Shown: positions 20,506 through 31,202, numbered from the stretch's first letter. The stretch is 64,000 nt of DNA from Histomonas meleagridis 2922-C6/04-290x (GCA_020184695.1 JAANOX010000235.1:1-64000), one strand, 5' to 3'. Numbers and translations: made by a program. Notes: generated by a model not told the origin, from the letters alone.

Positions 20506-23260
20506 ATGAGGCCAAAGGAACATTGCAACTGGGAAACAATTCTATCAATAAATCAAGCAATTTTTAGTTTGAATGAAGAAAATTTCTCTATGTCTTTTGG
20601 TTTAATAATCAACAAATTTGATGAAATCCATCCTTTATCTTATGATTTAATTATTATTCAAATGATATATTATTCATTTGTAATCAAAAATAATAAAGTA
20701 AATTTATTTTTGAATATTATAAAAGAAATAAGAAAATTTGAAGAGTGTAATAAAATCAAATCGAATATATTTGATATATTTGGGCGATTTCTTTATAATA
20801 TGGATACATATGAATCAAATTGTCTTCTTGAAGCCATGATTGAACATAATTTTCTTGAACCAAATATCGTAAAAAACAATCAGAGTGTTTATTTTGCATA
20901 TTATATGTCTAAAGAAGATTTAGCAATCCTTTTAAGGGAAAATGATTTTGTAAATTATGAAGAACTTTCAAAGAATAATTGGGAGCTTCATAAGAAATTA
21001 ATTAGAGAAGGGCATAATCCAAATGAAATAGCAAAAATAATTCGAAATGATGAAATCGAAAGACTTCAAGAAATATCATCACAAACGAATTTTGATTTTA
21101 ATAAAACAATTGAACGATCACTTTATGAAAGATGTTCATTTATCAATAAATATAATGTTACATTAATTGATTATGCAGCATTTTTTTCTTCTGTTAAATG
21201 TTTTAAATATTTACTTATGAATGGTGCAAAAGTAAAATATACTGGAACATATGCAATTGCAGGTGGAAATGAAGAAATTATTCATTTATGTGAACAAAAT
21301 CATTCATCGTTTGAAGATGCATATGAAGCAGCAATTGCATTTCATCAAAATGAAATTTTTCATTATATTTATGAGAATAAATTAAAAGAAATTAATAATT
21401 TAGAAGAAATAGGAAAGTTTTGTGTTTTGTATCATAATTATGAAATATTTTCATTTTTAGTTAAAGAAGGAATGAAAATAAATGATGATATTATTAATGA
21501 ATCAGCAATTATTGGAAATATTCTTTTAGTTGAAGATTTTCTTAAAGAGCATTCAATTCCTCATGATATATTAATATTTTCATCTAGATCAGGAAATATT
21601 GAACTTGTTGAATACGTTTTAAAACAAGAAGGAATTGATATTAATGCTAAAGATATTTATTTGTTTTATTTAAAATTTATTTTGATAATTTTATATTTCA
21701 AAATAATGTTTGGAAATTATTTAAATTATTTGAAACAGCACTTATCAAAGCATCTTATTATGGTCGAACAGATATAGTTAAATTACTTCTTGAACAAGAA
21801 GGAATTGATATTAATATCAAAAATATTTATTTGTTTTATTTGATATTTGTTTTTATAATTTCGTATTTCAAAATAATATTTGGAAATTATTTAAATTATT
21901 TAGAACAGCACTTTTTGAAGCATCATCAAAAGGTCATACAGAAATAGTTAAATTACTTCTTGAACAAAAAGGAATTGATATTAATGCTAAAGATAATTTT
22001 TGCTTTCATAATTTGGTATTTCAAAATAATAATTGGAAATTATTTAAATTATTTGATACAGCACTTATGATAGCATCTTATGAAGGTCATACAGAAATAG
22101 TTAAATTACTTCTTGAACAAAAAGGAATTGATATTAATGCTAAAGATAAAATAAATTTAAATAATTTGAAATTTCAAAATAATATTTGGAAATAATTTAA
22201 ATTATTCAGAACAGCACTTATGTTTGCATCTAGAAATGGTTATACAGAAATAGTTAAATTACTTCTTGAACAAGAAGGAATTGATATTAATGCTAAAGAT
22301 ATTTATTTGTTTTATTTGAAATTTATTTTAATAATTTGATATTTCAAAATAATATTTGGAAATTATTTAATACAGCACTTATGAATGCATCTAGAGATGG
22401 ACATATAGAAATAGTTAAATTACTTCTTGAACAAGAAGGAATTGATATTAATGCTAAAGATAATTTTTGCTTTCATAATTTGGTATTTCAAAATAATATT
22501 TGAAAATTATTTAAATTATTTGATACAGCACTTATGATAGCATCTTATGAAGGTCATACAGAAATAGTTAAATTACTTCTTGAACAAAAAGGAATTGATC
22601 TTAATGCTAAAGATAATTTTTGCTTTCATAATTTCTTATTTCAAAATAATATTTGGAAATTATTTAAATTATTTAGAACAGCACTTTTTGAAGCATCTTA
22701 TTATGGTTACACAGAAATAGTTAAATTACTTCTTGAACAAGAAGGAATTGATATTAATGCTAAAGATAATTTTTGCTTTCATAATTTGGTATTTCAAAAT
22801 AATATTTGAAAATTATTTAAATTATTTGATACAGCACTTATGATAGCATCTTATGAAGGTCATACAGAAATAGTTAAATTACTTCTTGAACAAAAAGGAA
22901 TTGATCTTAATGCTAAAGATAATTTTTGCTTTCATAATTTCTTATTTCAAAATAATATTTGGAAATTATTTAAATTATTTAGAACAGCACTTTTTGAAGC
23001 ATCTTATTATGGTTACACAGAAATAGTTAAATTACTTCTTGAACAAGAAGGAATTGATATTAATAATAAAGATATTTATTTGTTTTATTTGAAATTTATT
23101 TTAATAATTTAATATTTCAAAATAATATTTGGAAATTATTTAAATTATTTAATACACCACTTATGAATGCATCTGAAAATGGTAACACAGAAATAGTTAA
23201 ATTACTTCTTGAAAAAAGATGGAATTGATATTAATGCTATAAATATTTATTTTTCGTGTT
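20506..23260 (+). CDS. DUF3447 + ankyrin repeat protein, interrupted in every repeat
   Basis: ATG at 20506 (MRPKEH); DUF3447-type LIDYAAFFSSVKCFKYLLMNGA...YAIAGGNEEIIHLC; then ~10 ankyrin cores TALxxASxxGHTEIVKLLLEQxGIDINAKD separated by AT-rich spacers. Confidence 0.75.
21655..23246 (+). repeat. Tandem array of 90-nt ankyrin exon-like cores and 63/71/80-nt spacers
   Basis: Cores start at 21735, 21905, 22058, 22211, 22372, 22525, 22678, 22831, 22984, 23154. Spacer lengths are 80,80,63,63,71,63,63,63,63,80. Confidence 0.95.
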
Positions 23261-23612
23261 AATTATTAAATGAAAAGATCCTTTCAAATATTGCATTAAA
23301 AAAAATTTAGTTAAATAAAAACATTCTCCACCACATTATAAATAAATTACATTAACTGATCTGCTCGGATTAACCTGTTTTTGGACGAGCTGGGTTGTAA
23401 TGAGTGAATTGAATGGTTGTAAAATAACATTTTGGTTTGAATTGTCAGATTTATACAACCATGTTACAACAGTGAACTGACAGACAACAATAGCTCTCAA
23501 TTTGTTATTGACTTATTTTATGGTCATTATTTCATATGAAATGTCATGGATAGCGGTTAGTTTACATATCGTGTTATTCAAAAAGTTTTATCGTAAAATT
23601 TATAAAAATTAA

Positions 23613-24305
23613 AATATATTAATTTGTACATTATTTAATAATGCATTTAGTAGTTATGAACTATCTTATGCATATGATGATACTGGTAAATTAATATTAT
23701 CGTGTGCATATATAAAAACATTAAGTAGTCCTGATGAAATTACAGGTGATGTTATTTATAGTGAAAGCTGGACTAAAGACAATGCAAATATTACATATAG
23801 TATTTCAAGAGATGAAACAAAAGATGTTAATTTTGTTATGACTTCTACTTCTTATAATAATGATGCAACTACATATAGTATTTATGCTTATTATAACGCC
23901 TTTTATAGTATAAATGATATTAAACCAAGTGTTAATACTAATCTTATTGAATTCTTAAAGTTTTTAAATCAAAGTACTATAACTAATGATATAAAAATAT
24001 TAACTGAACATACTAAAAATAAAACATTCTATAATGTTTGGAATAGAGAATATTTAGAATTCCATGCTTCATTCAGTGATAGTAAAAGAAGATTTATTGG
24101 TGTTAAAGGTGATTTTTATGAAAAACCAACTGTTATATATAATGCTCCTTCTGATGGTTCTACTTTTAATATTTAGTTTACTTCTGATGGAAAGAATCCT
24201 ATATATCCTATTCATTGTAGATTTATTATTCAATTAGTATTTATATATAATTACAAAATTTATATATATTTCTTTAAATATATGTTCAATCTTAAATTGT
24301 TCTAA
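23613..24305 (+). pseudogene. Minor capsid (penton)-like ORF with an internal TAG
   Basis: Frame is open from 23613 (LFNNAFSSYELSYAYDDTGKLILS...) to TAG at 24174-24176. It continues in frame as FTSDGKNPIYPIHCRFIIQLVF, resembling single jelly-roll penton C-termini. Confidence 0.4.
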
Positions 24306-26331
24306 TTTATTTCCAATATATCCTAACTCATATAATTTGTTATAATCTTCTTCAGATATTAATAAAGAATCAACTTTAGAATAATATACTTTGAAGATTA
24401 AACTTTTAATATGATTCATTTTATCATTTAAATTGTTTAATACTGATCTTGCTAATTGTGGATAAGTAAAGTGTTCTCTATAAGGTTTTACTGTATAAAC
24501 ATAATTATCTTTGTCATATTTAATAACATATGGTGCAAATTCTTCAATATATTTATCAACATTAGTCTTTAATTTCTTATTAAAATTAAATGGTTTTCTA
24601 ATAGATATTCCCCAACAACTATTCATCATAAATTCTAATGTAGTAGCCAGCTTACTGTCACCAGATTTCTTAGCTTTCATCCTTAAATTATATAATAAAT
24701 TTATAAGTTCTTTTATCTTAGTATTTTCACCTTTGAAATTGCCATTTTCATCAGGTTTACCTGCGGGTATTGATATTACAGATGACATATATACGCCATT
24801 AAGATCTATATAATAATACTTGCCTGTTAAATGTATTTGTTGCCATATAGTTTTAGGAAATATACATTCATTTCGTATTTTATTAGCAATATCACCTGAT
24901 AATTCATATACACCATCAAAACACCCATATTCATAATCTTTAACATTAAGTCACTATATCTATAATATTTGACAACATCTATTCTATGGGTGGTTTTAGC
25001 TATATTTCTATCTATTAAGTTTTGTAATATATTTAATCTAAATATTATATCTTTTTCACAATCAATATCATAACCAAATAACTTCTTGCTGTGTTTCATT
25101 CTTTTAACAAATTTAGGTATATTCTTTTTATCTGGTATATGTATTAATCTATAGCTGTTATAAGGTTTATTTACGGTTTTATAACTCCAACACAACTTAT
25201 TATAAGTATTAATACCATAGGTTTTAATATATTATATTTTTTCATAGTATTAATTAAATGATATATAGAGGTTGGTTTGGCAGCATATTCTATAGTTCTG
25301 TTTTTATCATAGTTTTTAATACTTTCAATTGATAAATTAACAGTATCATTAAACATATAATGATTATCTATAATGATTAACTTTATAAGTTTTTCATATT
25401 GTTTACCGTAATCTCTGTGAGTAAAACCTTCATTAGTCATATATCTAATATTAATATGTGCCTTTAATAAATCTGATATCTTGTTTAATTGTTCAGAAGG
25501 AACTGTTCTAATATTAATAAAAGATCTTAACATATTAATCTCATTATCTGTAAATAAATTACTAGCAATAAATGATTGTATCAAACAAGACTCATTAATA
25601 TGCTCATTGTTGATGTTGTTAAAGATACCGTATTTAGTAAGATCTAGATCAGTAATATTAATATATGGAAAGAATCCTGGATTAACTCTCTTACCATTCT
25701 TTAAATCTTTGAATTCAAATTTAATGGATTTAATATTTTTATAAGTATCTAATGCTAAAGTTTTACTGTCACTAATATTATCTTTTTCATTTATAATATC
25801 ATATAATAAGTTAACTGTGTTCATATTTCCGTGATAGTAAGATATATTATTGTTATCATCTATTATTGTCATTCTAATATCTTTATTTATCTTAGAACCT
25901 ATTGCCTTTATAGCATACATTAATGCATATAATATATCCTTTTTGTTGTTGTTGTTATAAGTAAAGTCTTGCTGAGTCATCAACTTCTTAATTAATTCTT
26001 TAGTTATATTATTAACAGTTTTATTATGTTTTATAGGTTTCTCTGCAGGTTCTTTATCTGATAATGAGATATCAAATATACTATTTTTGATTCTAGGTCC
26101 ATCTTCAGATAATGCTATATTATAATAATCATCAAATGCATCATATTCTGATAAACCTTTCTTTATTTTATATTGTAATTGATTATAAGATAATTTGGTA
26201 TACTTATTATTTCTTTCATCAAATACTTTATATTGAGTAGTAGTATTTATATGTTCAAAATTATCTGGTAAAGTATAACCATATTTATTATATAGATTTT
26301 TAACTGTTTTGGAATCTAATTTCCTTGGCAT
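24234..26331 (-). pseudogene. Family-B DNA polymerase-like gene, frameshifted into three pieces
   Basis: Joining frames at ~25220 and ~24935 gives motif A YYYIDLNGVYMSSVISIPAGKP, motif B EFMMNSCWG and motif C YYSKVDSLLI in canonical order and spacing. The N-terminal region has ESCLIQSF...DNHYM. Confidence 0.75.
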
Positions 26332-26443
26332 GTATTTATTAAAATAAAAAAAAAAAAAAAAAGATTTTATAAAATTTAATTTTAAAAAATTAAAATCATA
26401 ATTTTTATAAGGTTAAAATAGCCAAACATATATATATATATAA

Positions 26444-26800
26444 ATGTTTAATAAAATTATAGATTATACAATTGGTTCATATGATAGTAATAGTTATAAT
26501 AAAATTAATATAAATGTACCAGGTCCATTTACACGAAGATGTAGTTTAATAGTAAATTCATTAACAACAAATTGTAATATTGTAGTTATTGATGAAAATG
26601 ATTATATTGAAATTAATAATGAAATATATTATTCTAAAAAATCATATTCAGATTTAAATTCACAATCTTTTGCTACGATATTAAATGAATTAATAATTGA
26701 TAGTGGGATACAGGTTGAAGTTGATGAAACTAATAGATTATATTTTTTGCAATGAAAATTCTTTTTATATAAATGGTAGTTATAATATATTGCAATTAAC
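26444..26800 (+). pseudogene. N-terminal fragment of a second capsid-like ORF, fused to a host ankyrin gene
   Basis: NDYIEINNEIYYSKKSYSDLNSQSFATILNELIIDSGIQVEVDETNRLYF resembles the LxxxLN...V.D.TxKLxF segment also seen at 23613. After a T-run frameshift it runs into the DUF3447 gene. Confidence 0.4.
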
Positions 26801-28836
26801 AGTTATTAACTTATATGATGAAAAATATGTCTTCTCATTTAACTTAATTCTTAGTCAGATAATATATTCATACTTTGTTTCATCTCCCAATGTTTGTGAT
26901 ATATATTTTGCATTTATGAAAAACATTGAAGCCAATGAAGAAATGCATCAAAATAAAATAAAAATATTAAATGCATTTCAAAATTTTATCATCAGTAAAA
27001 CGCAAGAAGCAACATATCTCAAAGATAGAATGATAGAACATAACTTACTTAATCCAATTCTAATTCAAGATGAAAACAATCCATATTTTGCACATTATAT
27101 GAAATTAGAGCAAATTGAAAGTATTTATCATAATAAATTTATTGATCAAATCATAAAAAATCATGACGAATTATCAAAGAATGATTGGGATCTTCATAAG
27201 AAATTCAGTAAAGAAGGACATAATCTGAATAAAATTGCGAAAATAAATCGAAATGACGAAATAGAAAAACTTCAAGAAATTTCATCACAAACTGATTTCG
27301 ACTATAATCAAATAATTGAATTATCACTTTATGAAAGATATTCATTAGTTAATGGGGAAAATGTTTCATTAATTGATTATGGAGCTTTTTTTGGATCAAT
27401 TAAATGTTTTAAATATTTATTTATGAATGATGCAAATATAGAAAAAAACATTTAAATATGCAATTGCAGGTGGAAATTTTGAAATCATTCATTTATGTGA
27501 GCAAAATCATTCATCATTTGAAGGAGCATATGAAGTTTCAATTATATATCAGCGGAATGATATTTTTAAATATCTTTATGATAAAAAAATACAAGATTTA
27601 ACAGAATTAGGAAAAACGTGTATATTATGTCACAATTATGAAATTTTATCATTTGTAATTGATAAAGGAATGAAAATTAATGATTTTCTAATTATTGATA
27701 TAGTGAAAAACTGGAATATATTTCTTCTTAAGCATTTTTTAAAAGAAAAAGAAAATTCAGTTCCAAAAGATATATTATTATAAACTTCAATATATAAAAA
27801 TTTTGAACTTGTTGAATATCTTCTTGAACAAGAAGGAATTGATGTTAATGCCAGAGATCAAAGTAACTTTTTTACAACATATTTAAAAAATCTTTGTAAT
27901 ATTTAATACATTACTTATCATTTTATCAGAAAAATGTTATCTTGAAATTGTTCAATTACTTCTTAAAAAAAGAAGGAATTAATGTTAATATTAAACATGA
28001 TTAAATAATTTAATCAAAATTTGCTTTTTATATTTAATATTTTTATATAATAAATGGAATATATTTTAAATATTTTTCACAGCGCTTATGATTGCATCAC
28101 AGTTATGTAAAACTGAAGTTGTTTATATGCTTCTTAAATATCCAGGAATAGAACTTAATAGTTGTGATAAATTCCAAATTTGTTTTTTACAATTAATATT
28201 AAATATTTAATATTTTTATATAAAATACGGAGTTTTTTTCAATGTAAACGAACAGCACTTATTTGGGCATCAGAAAATGGTTATACATCAATCGTTAAAT
28301 TACTTATTGAACAAAAAGGAATTAATTTTAATGCACATGATTATATTTATTTCAATAACATAACGTGTAATAATATATTTTTGAGTTTCTAAAAAATATA
28401 AGGAATTTTTCTTTAATATTTGAGACAGCATATTGATATTGTTCAATTATTACTTCAATCAAAACCAATCGATATTAATTGTAAAAATATTTTAATATTT
28501 TATTATGGATTTCATTTAAATGTGTGATGTTTATATATAAAAAATGGGGATTTTTTTTAAGTTATTTACACATCACTTATGTTAGGAAGTAAAACACATC
28601 CACAAGTTGTTCAATTTCTTAGCGAACAAAAAGGAATCAAAATTAATGCAGTAAATATTTAAACCATTTTTTTTTCCTCATAACATAATATTTAAGATTT
28701 TATCAAACTCAATGAAATAGCGCTTTTATTATCTAATATGATTATACGAATGAAATTAAAATACTTATTGAAGCATAAGGAATTGATATCCAAAAGAAAG
28801 GATCAAGAAATCATAACATTACTTCAAGAACATTAA
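26800..28836 (+). pseudogene. 5'-truncated DUF3447 + ankyrin gene with diverged spacers
   Basis: SLIDYGAFFGSIKCFKYLFMNDA, then ankyrin cores (TALMIAS, TALIWASENGYTSIVKLL, TSLMLGS) separated by 49-83-nt spacers; several frameshifts. Confidence 0.75.
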
Positions 28837-29096
28837 GAGATTTAAAAATAAATATACTATAGACAATAAAAAATTTTGTCTAAATTAGATTGGATTAATA
28901 AATGGATTTAAATCAACATGTATAAAATATCATATTGAACTGATTTTTTGTTTGATGTTTTTTTAATTCAAATACATTATATTATTATCACACTAATGTA
29001 TACTTCAGTTCAGCAAAAAATAATTGAAATTTTCTACATAACGACCTTTATACAAACAAATTCAAAGGTTTTCAAAGGGGCTGAGGCATTGGAGAA

Positions 29097-31202
29097 ATGT
29101 CTCATCTTCGAAGAGGAAGAACTAAATTAGCGCCACCTCCAAAGCTTGAAGACCTTGAGCTTCCCACAAAAAGGAATTCATTAACTTTGCAACTTTCTTC
29201 ACCTACAAAATCTTCCGAAAATTTTAGTAATGATGTTGGTTTTGATGAGCAAGAAAAGAAAAAAATCGAGACATTGGCAGAACCATACAAAGACAAACCG
29301 ATTTCTCAGCTTCCACAAATTTTAGAGACTACTATTAATAATCATTATAACAATAATGCAACAAGCTTAATTGTGCATTCAAACCTATTAACAAAATCAA
29401 TCAATGAACTAAGTGATGTTTTAGAAGTCATTAATGAAGCCAAAAGCACTGCCTTAAAGAATAGTGCTGAAGAACATATCGTTTATGAATCACTCAAATC
29501 TCTTGACGTAACAAATGCAAAAGACACCGAAGATTATGTCACCCAAAACAAGAAAAAAGCTCTTGAAAAGCTTACCAAGATATATGAAGCTGCTGCAATT
29601 CCACAAGAATGGATTCTCACTCTAACTAAACCAAAATTCAAAGACATTGCACAACTTGATGACCTCTACAAAAAGATAAATGATATCGATTCTGATTATC
29701 GATCAACTGATATTCCCAAAATCCTACAAAAGATGCCCAAATGCGTCATCCAAAGGAAGGAATCGCTTTCTAAATATTTGTATAGTTTCTCTGTTAGTTT
29801 TACTGAATTTATGCAAAGTTTTTTATCAAATATTGATCGCGTCATATTATTTTCTTCTAACAAAGACCCCGTAAAATGTATACCGAATGAGTTACCTAGT
29901 AAAAAAGAAAAGTGTTTTAGTGAAGATGTCTCAGAACACACCATCCTAAAAGCGATTTTTCCATATTGGAAATTTATATATTATGTTCGCGATAATTTTA
30001 CCGAATGTTATAATGACATATCGACGAAGTATTACATTGGCTGCTTCCAAAACTATTTAGAAAAGATCTTAATACCAAAGATCAATGCAACATTAGAAGA
30101 AATTAAATCCAAGAAAAAAGAAGACCCGAATAAAAAATACGCGTTTTATACCAACGAACAAATCAAATCAGAAGATCGTGATTTTATATGCGATAGATTA
30201 GAGACATTAATCCAAACAATAACGAAAATGTTTTGTACTGAAAGTTCAGTTTTAAGTGATTTTTGGGAAATTAAAGACAACGAATTAATGAAATTAATTA
30301 TTACTCCAAAAATTACACAAGCATTTGATAATTTCGTTAAGGCGATTTTCGGAATTGATCCATTTTTCGTTCTGAAAACTTATAGTTTATGTTCATATTA
30401 TCTTGATTATTGTAAAATTGATGTTTCAAGTCTATATTTAATACCGAAGAATCTTTGGAATCAATTTATATCATCGCAAATAAACTCATTAAATACATCG
30501 AAGCCAAAGCGGAAGAAGTCATACATTTTGGACGTATTTATATTGTTTCCGAAGTTTGCAATTAATTATGAATCGTTTTGTACCAAAAAAGATAAACCAA
30601 TTTTGGAGAAGACTTTCGGAATGATATCGAACGGCGTTGTCAGTTGGCTTGTGAACATTATTGCGCCGAAATATACAAAAAGAAAAAGAACTGTTTTAAT
30701 AATGTCGAACATATTTTGTTTGATTAATAACTTAAATAATAACGAAAAAGATAACGAATTAAACGAAACTTTTTCGACTATTAAAAATTATTTAAACGAA
30801 GAAATTAATAAGTTTATGAAATATTTAATAAATAAATCATTTACAAAACCTTCCGAATTCTTCGATACAATCGTTGAATGGAAAAAAAGAAATGGATTCT
30901 TCTTGGAAATGGTTCAGTTTCAGCCAACACACACTTCGGATAAGTTTAATGATTTAAACGAAAAGCTAAAAAATACATTAAACGTCGGTATAAAGGAAAG
31001 TTTCTCAATACTAAAAAGGAAAATTAGTTACGAGGAACTGAGAAATGAATTAATTAACGAAATGATTATATACATAAAAAATAAAATCGAAGAATGGAAT
31101 AAATTGGCTTTGGAGTGTTATCAAAAGGAATTAACTATAAGTGTAAATGACGTAGAAGAAGAGGTAAATATGAGGAAGTCTAAAGAAATGCATGAAAAAT
31201 AA
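29097..31202 (+). CDS. Exocyst subunit Sec3/EXOC1-like
   Basis: 701 aa. WNQFISSQINSLNTSKPKRKKSYILDVFILFPKF resembles Sec3 FDRFIxEQI...KKRxGILPFV; also LIMSNIFCL (MENFH), KPSEFFDTI and VQFQPTHTSDKF. Confidence 0.65.
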   Translation: MSHLRRGRTKLAPPPKLEDLELPTKRNSLTLQLSSPTKSSENFSNDVGFDEQEKKKIETLAEPYKDKPISQLPQILETTINNHYNNNATSLIVHSNLLTKSINELSDVLEVINEAKSTALKNSAEEHIVYESLKSLDVTNAKDTEDYVTQNKKKALEKLTKIYEAAAIPQEWILTLTKPKFKDIAQLDDLYKKINDIDSDYRSTDIPKILQKMPKCVIQRKESLSKYLYSFSVSFTEFMQSFLSNIDRVILFSSNKDPVKCIPNELPSKKEKCFSEDVSEHTILKAIFPYWKFIYYVRDNFTECYNDISTKYYIGCFQNYLEKILIPKINATLEEIKSKKKEDPNKKYAFYTNEQIKSEDRDFICDRLETLIQTITKMFCTESSVLSDFWEIKDNELMKLIITPKITQAFDNFVKAIFGIDPFFVLKTYSLCSYYLDYCKIDVSSLYLIPKNLWNQFISSQINSLNTSKPKRKKSYILDVFILFPKFAINYESFCTKKDKPILEKTFGMISNGVVSWLVNIIAPKYTKRKRTVLIMSNIFCLINNLNNNEKDNELNETFSTIKNYLNEEINKFMKYLINKSFTKPSEFFDTIVEWKKRNGFFLEMVQFQPTHTSDKFNDLNEKLKNTLNVGIKESFSILKRKISYEELRNELINEMIIYIKNKIEEWNKLALECYQKELTISVNDVEEEVNMRKSKEMHEK

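Larger units (their letters stand above)
23600..26800. mobile_element. Decayed Polinton/Maverick- or virus-like insertion (PolB + two minor-capsid-like ORFs)
   Basis: Distinct N/Y/I/K-rich codon style; PolB motifs on the minus strand; jelly-roll-like ORFs on the plus strand. Boundaries are approximate and no terminal inverted repeats were seen. Confidence 0.7.

Noticed and set aside
21655-23153. Canonical GT-AG or U12 AT-AC introns as the explanation for the spacers
   Set aside because: A frame-restoring GT..AG exists only in one spacer (21825-21904); others end in GAA/GAT/AAT or lack GT. AT..AC using the Asp and Thr codons leaves a 2-nt remainder and breaks frame. No ACTAAC branch motif is present.
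21655-23153. Simple -1 ribosomal frameshift through the spacers
   Set aside because: The frame that lands on TAL contains stop codons inside several spacers (22193, 22501, 22807 and in gene 2), so frameshifting alone cannot read through.
21655-23246. CRISPR-like appearance of regularly spaced repeats
   Set aside because: The repeats are 90-nt protein-coding ankyrin cores, the spacers are mutually homologous rather than unique, the context is eukaryotic, and there are no cas genes.
23613-26800. Circularly permuted single capsid gene (integration of a circle within the gene)
   Set aside because: Both ORFs contain the same N-proximal segment, so they are better explained as paralogues.
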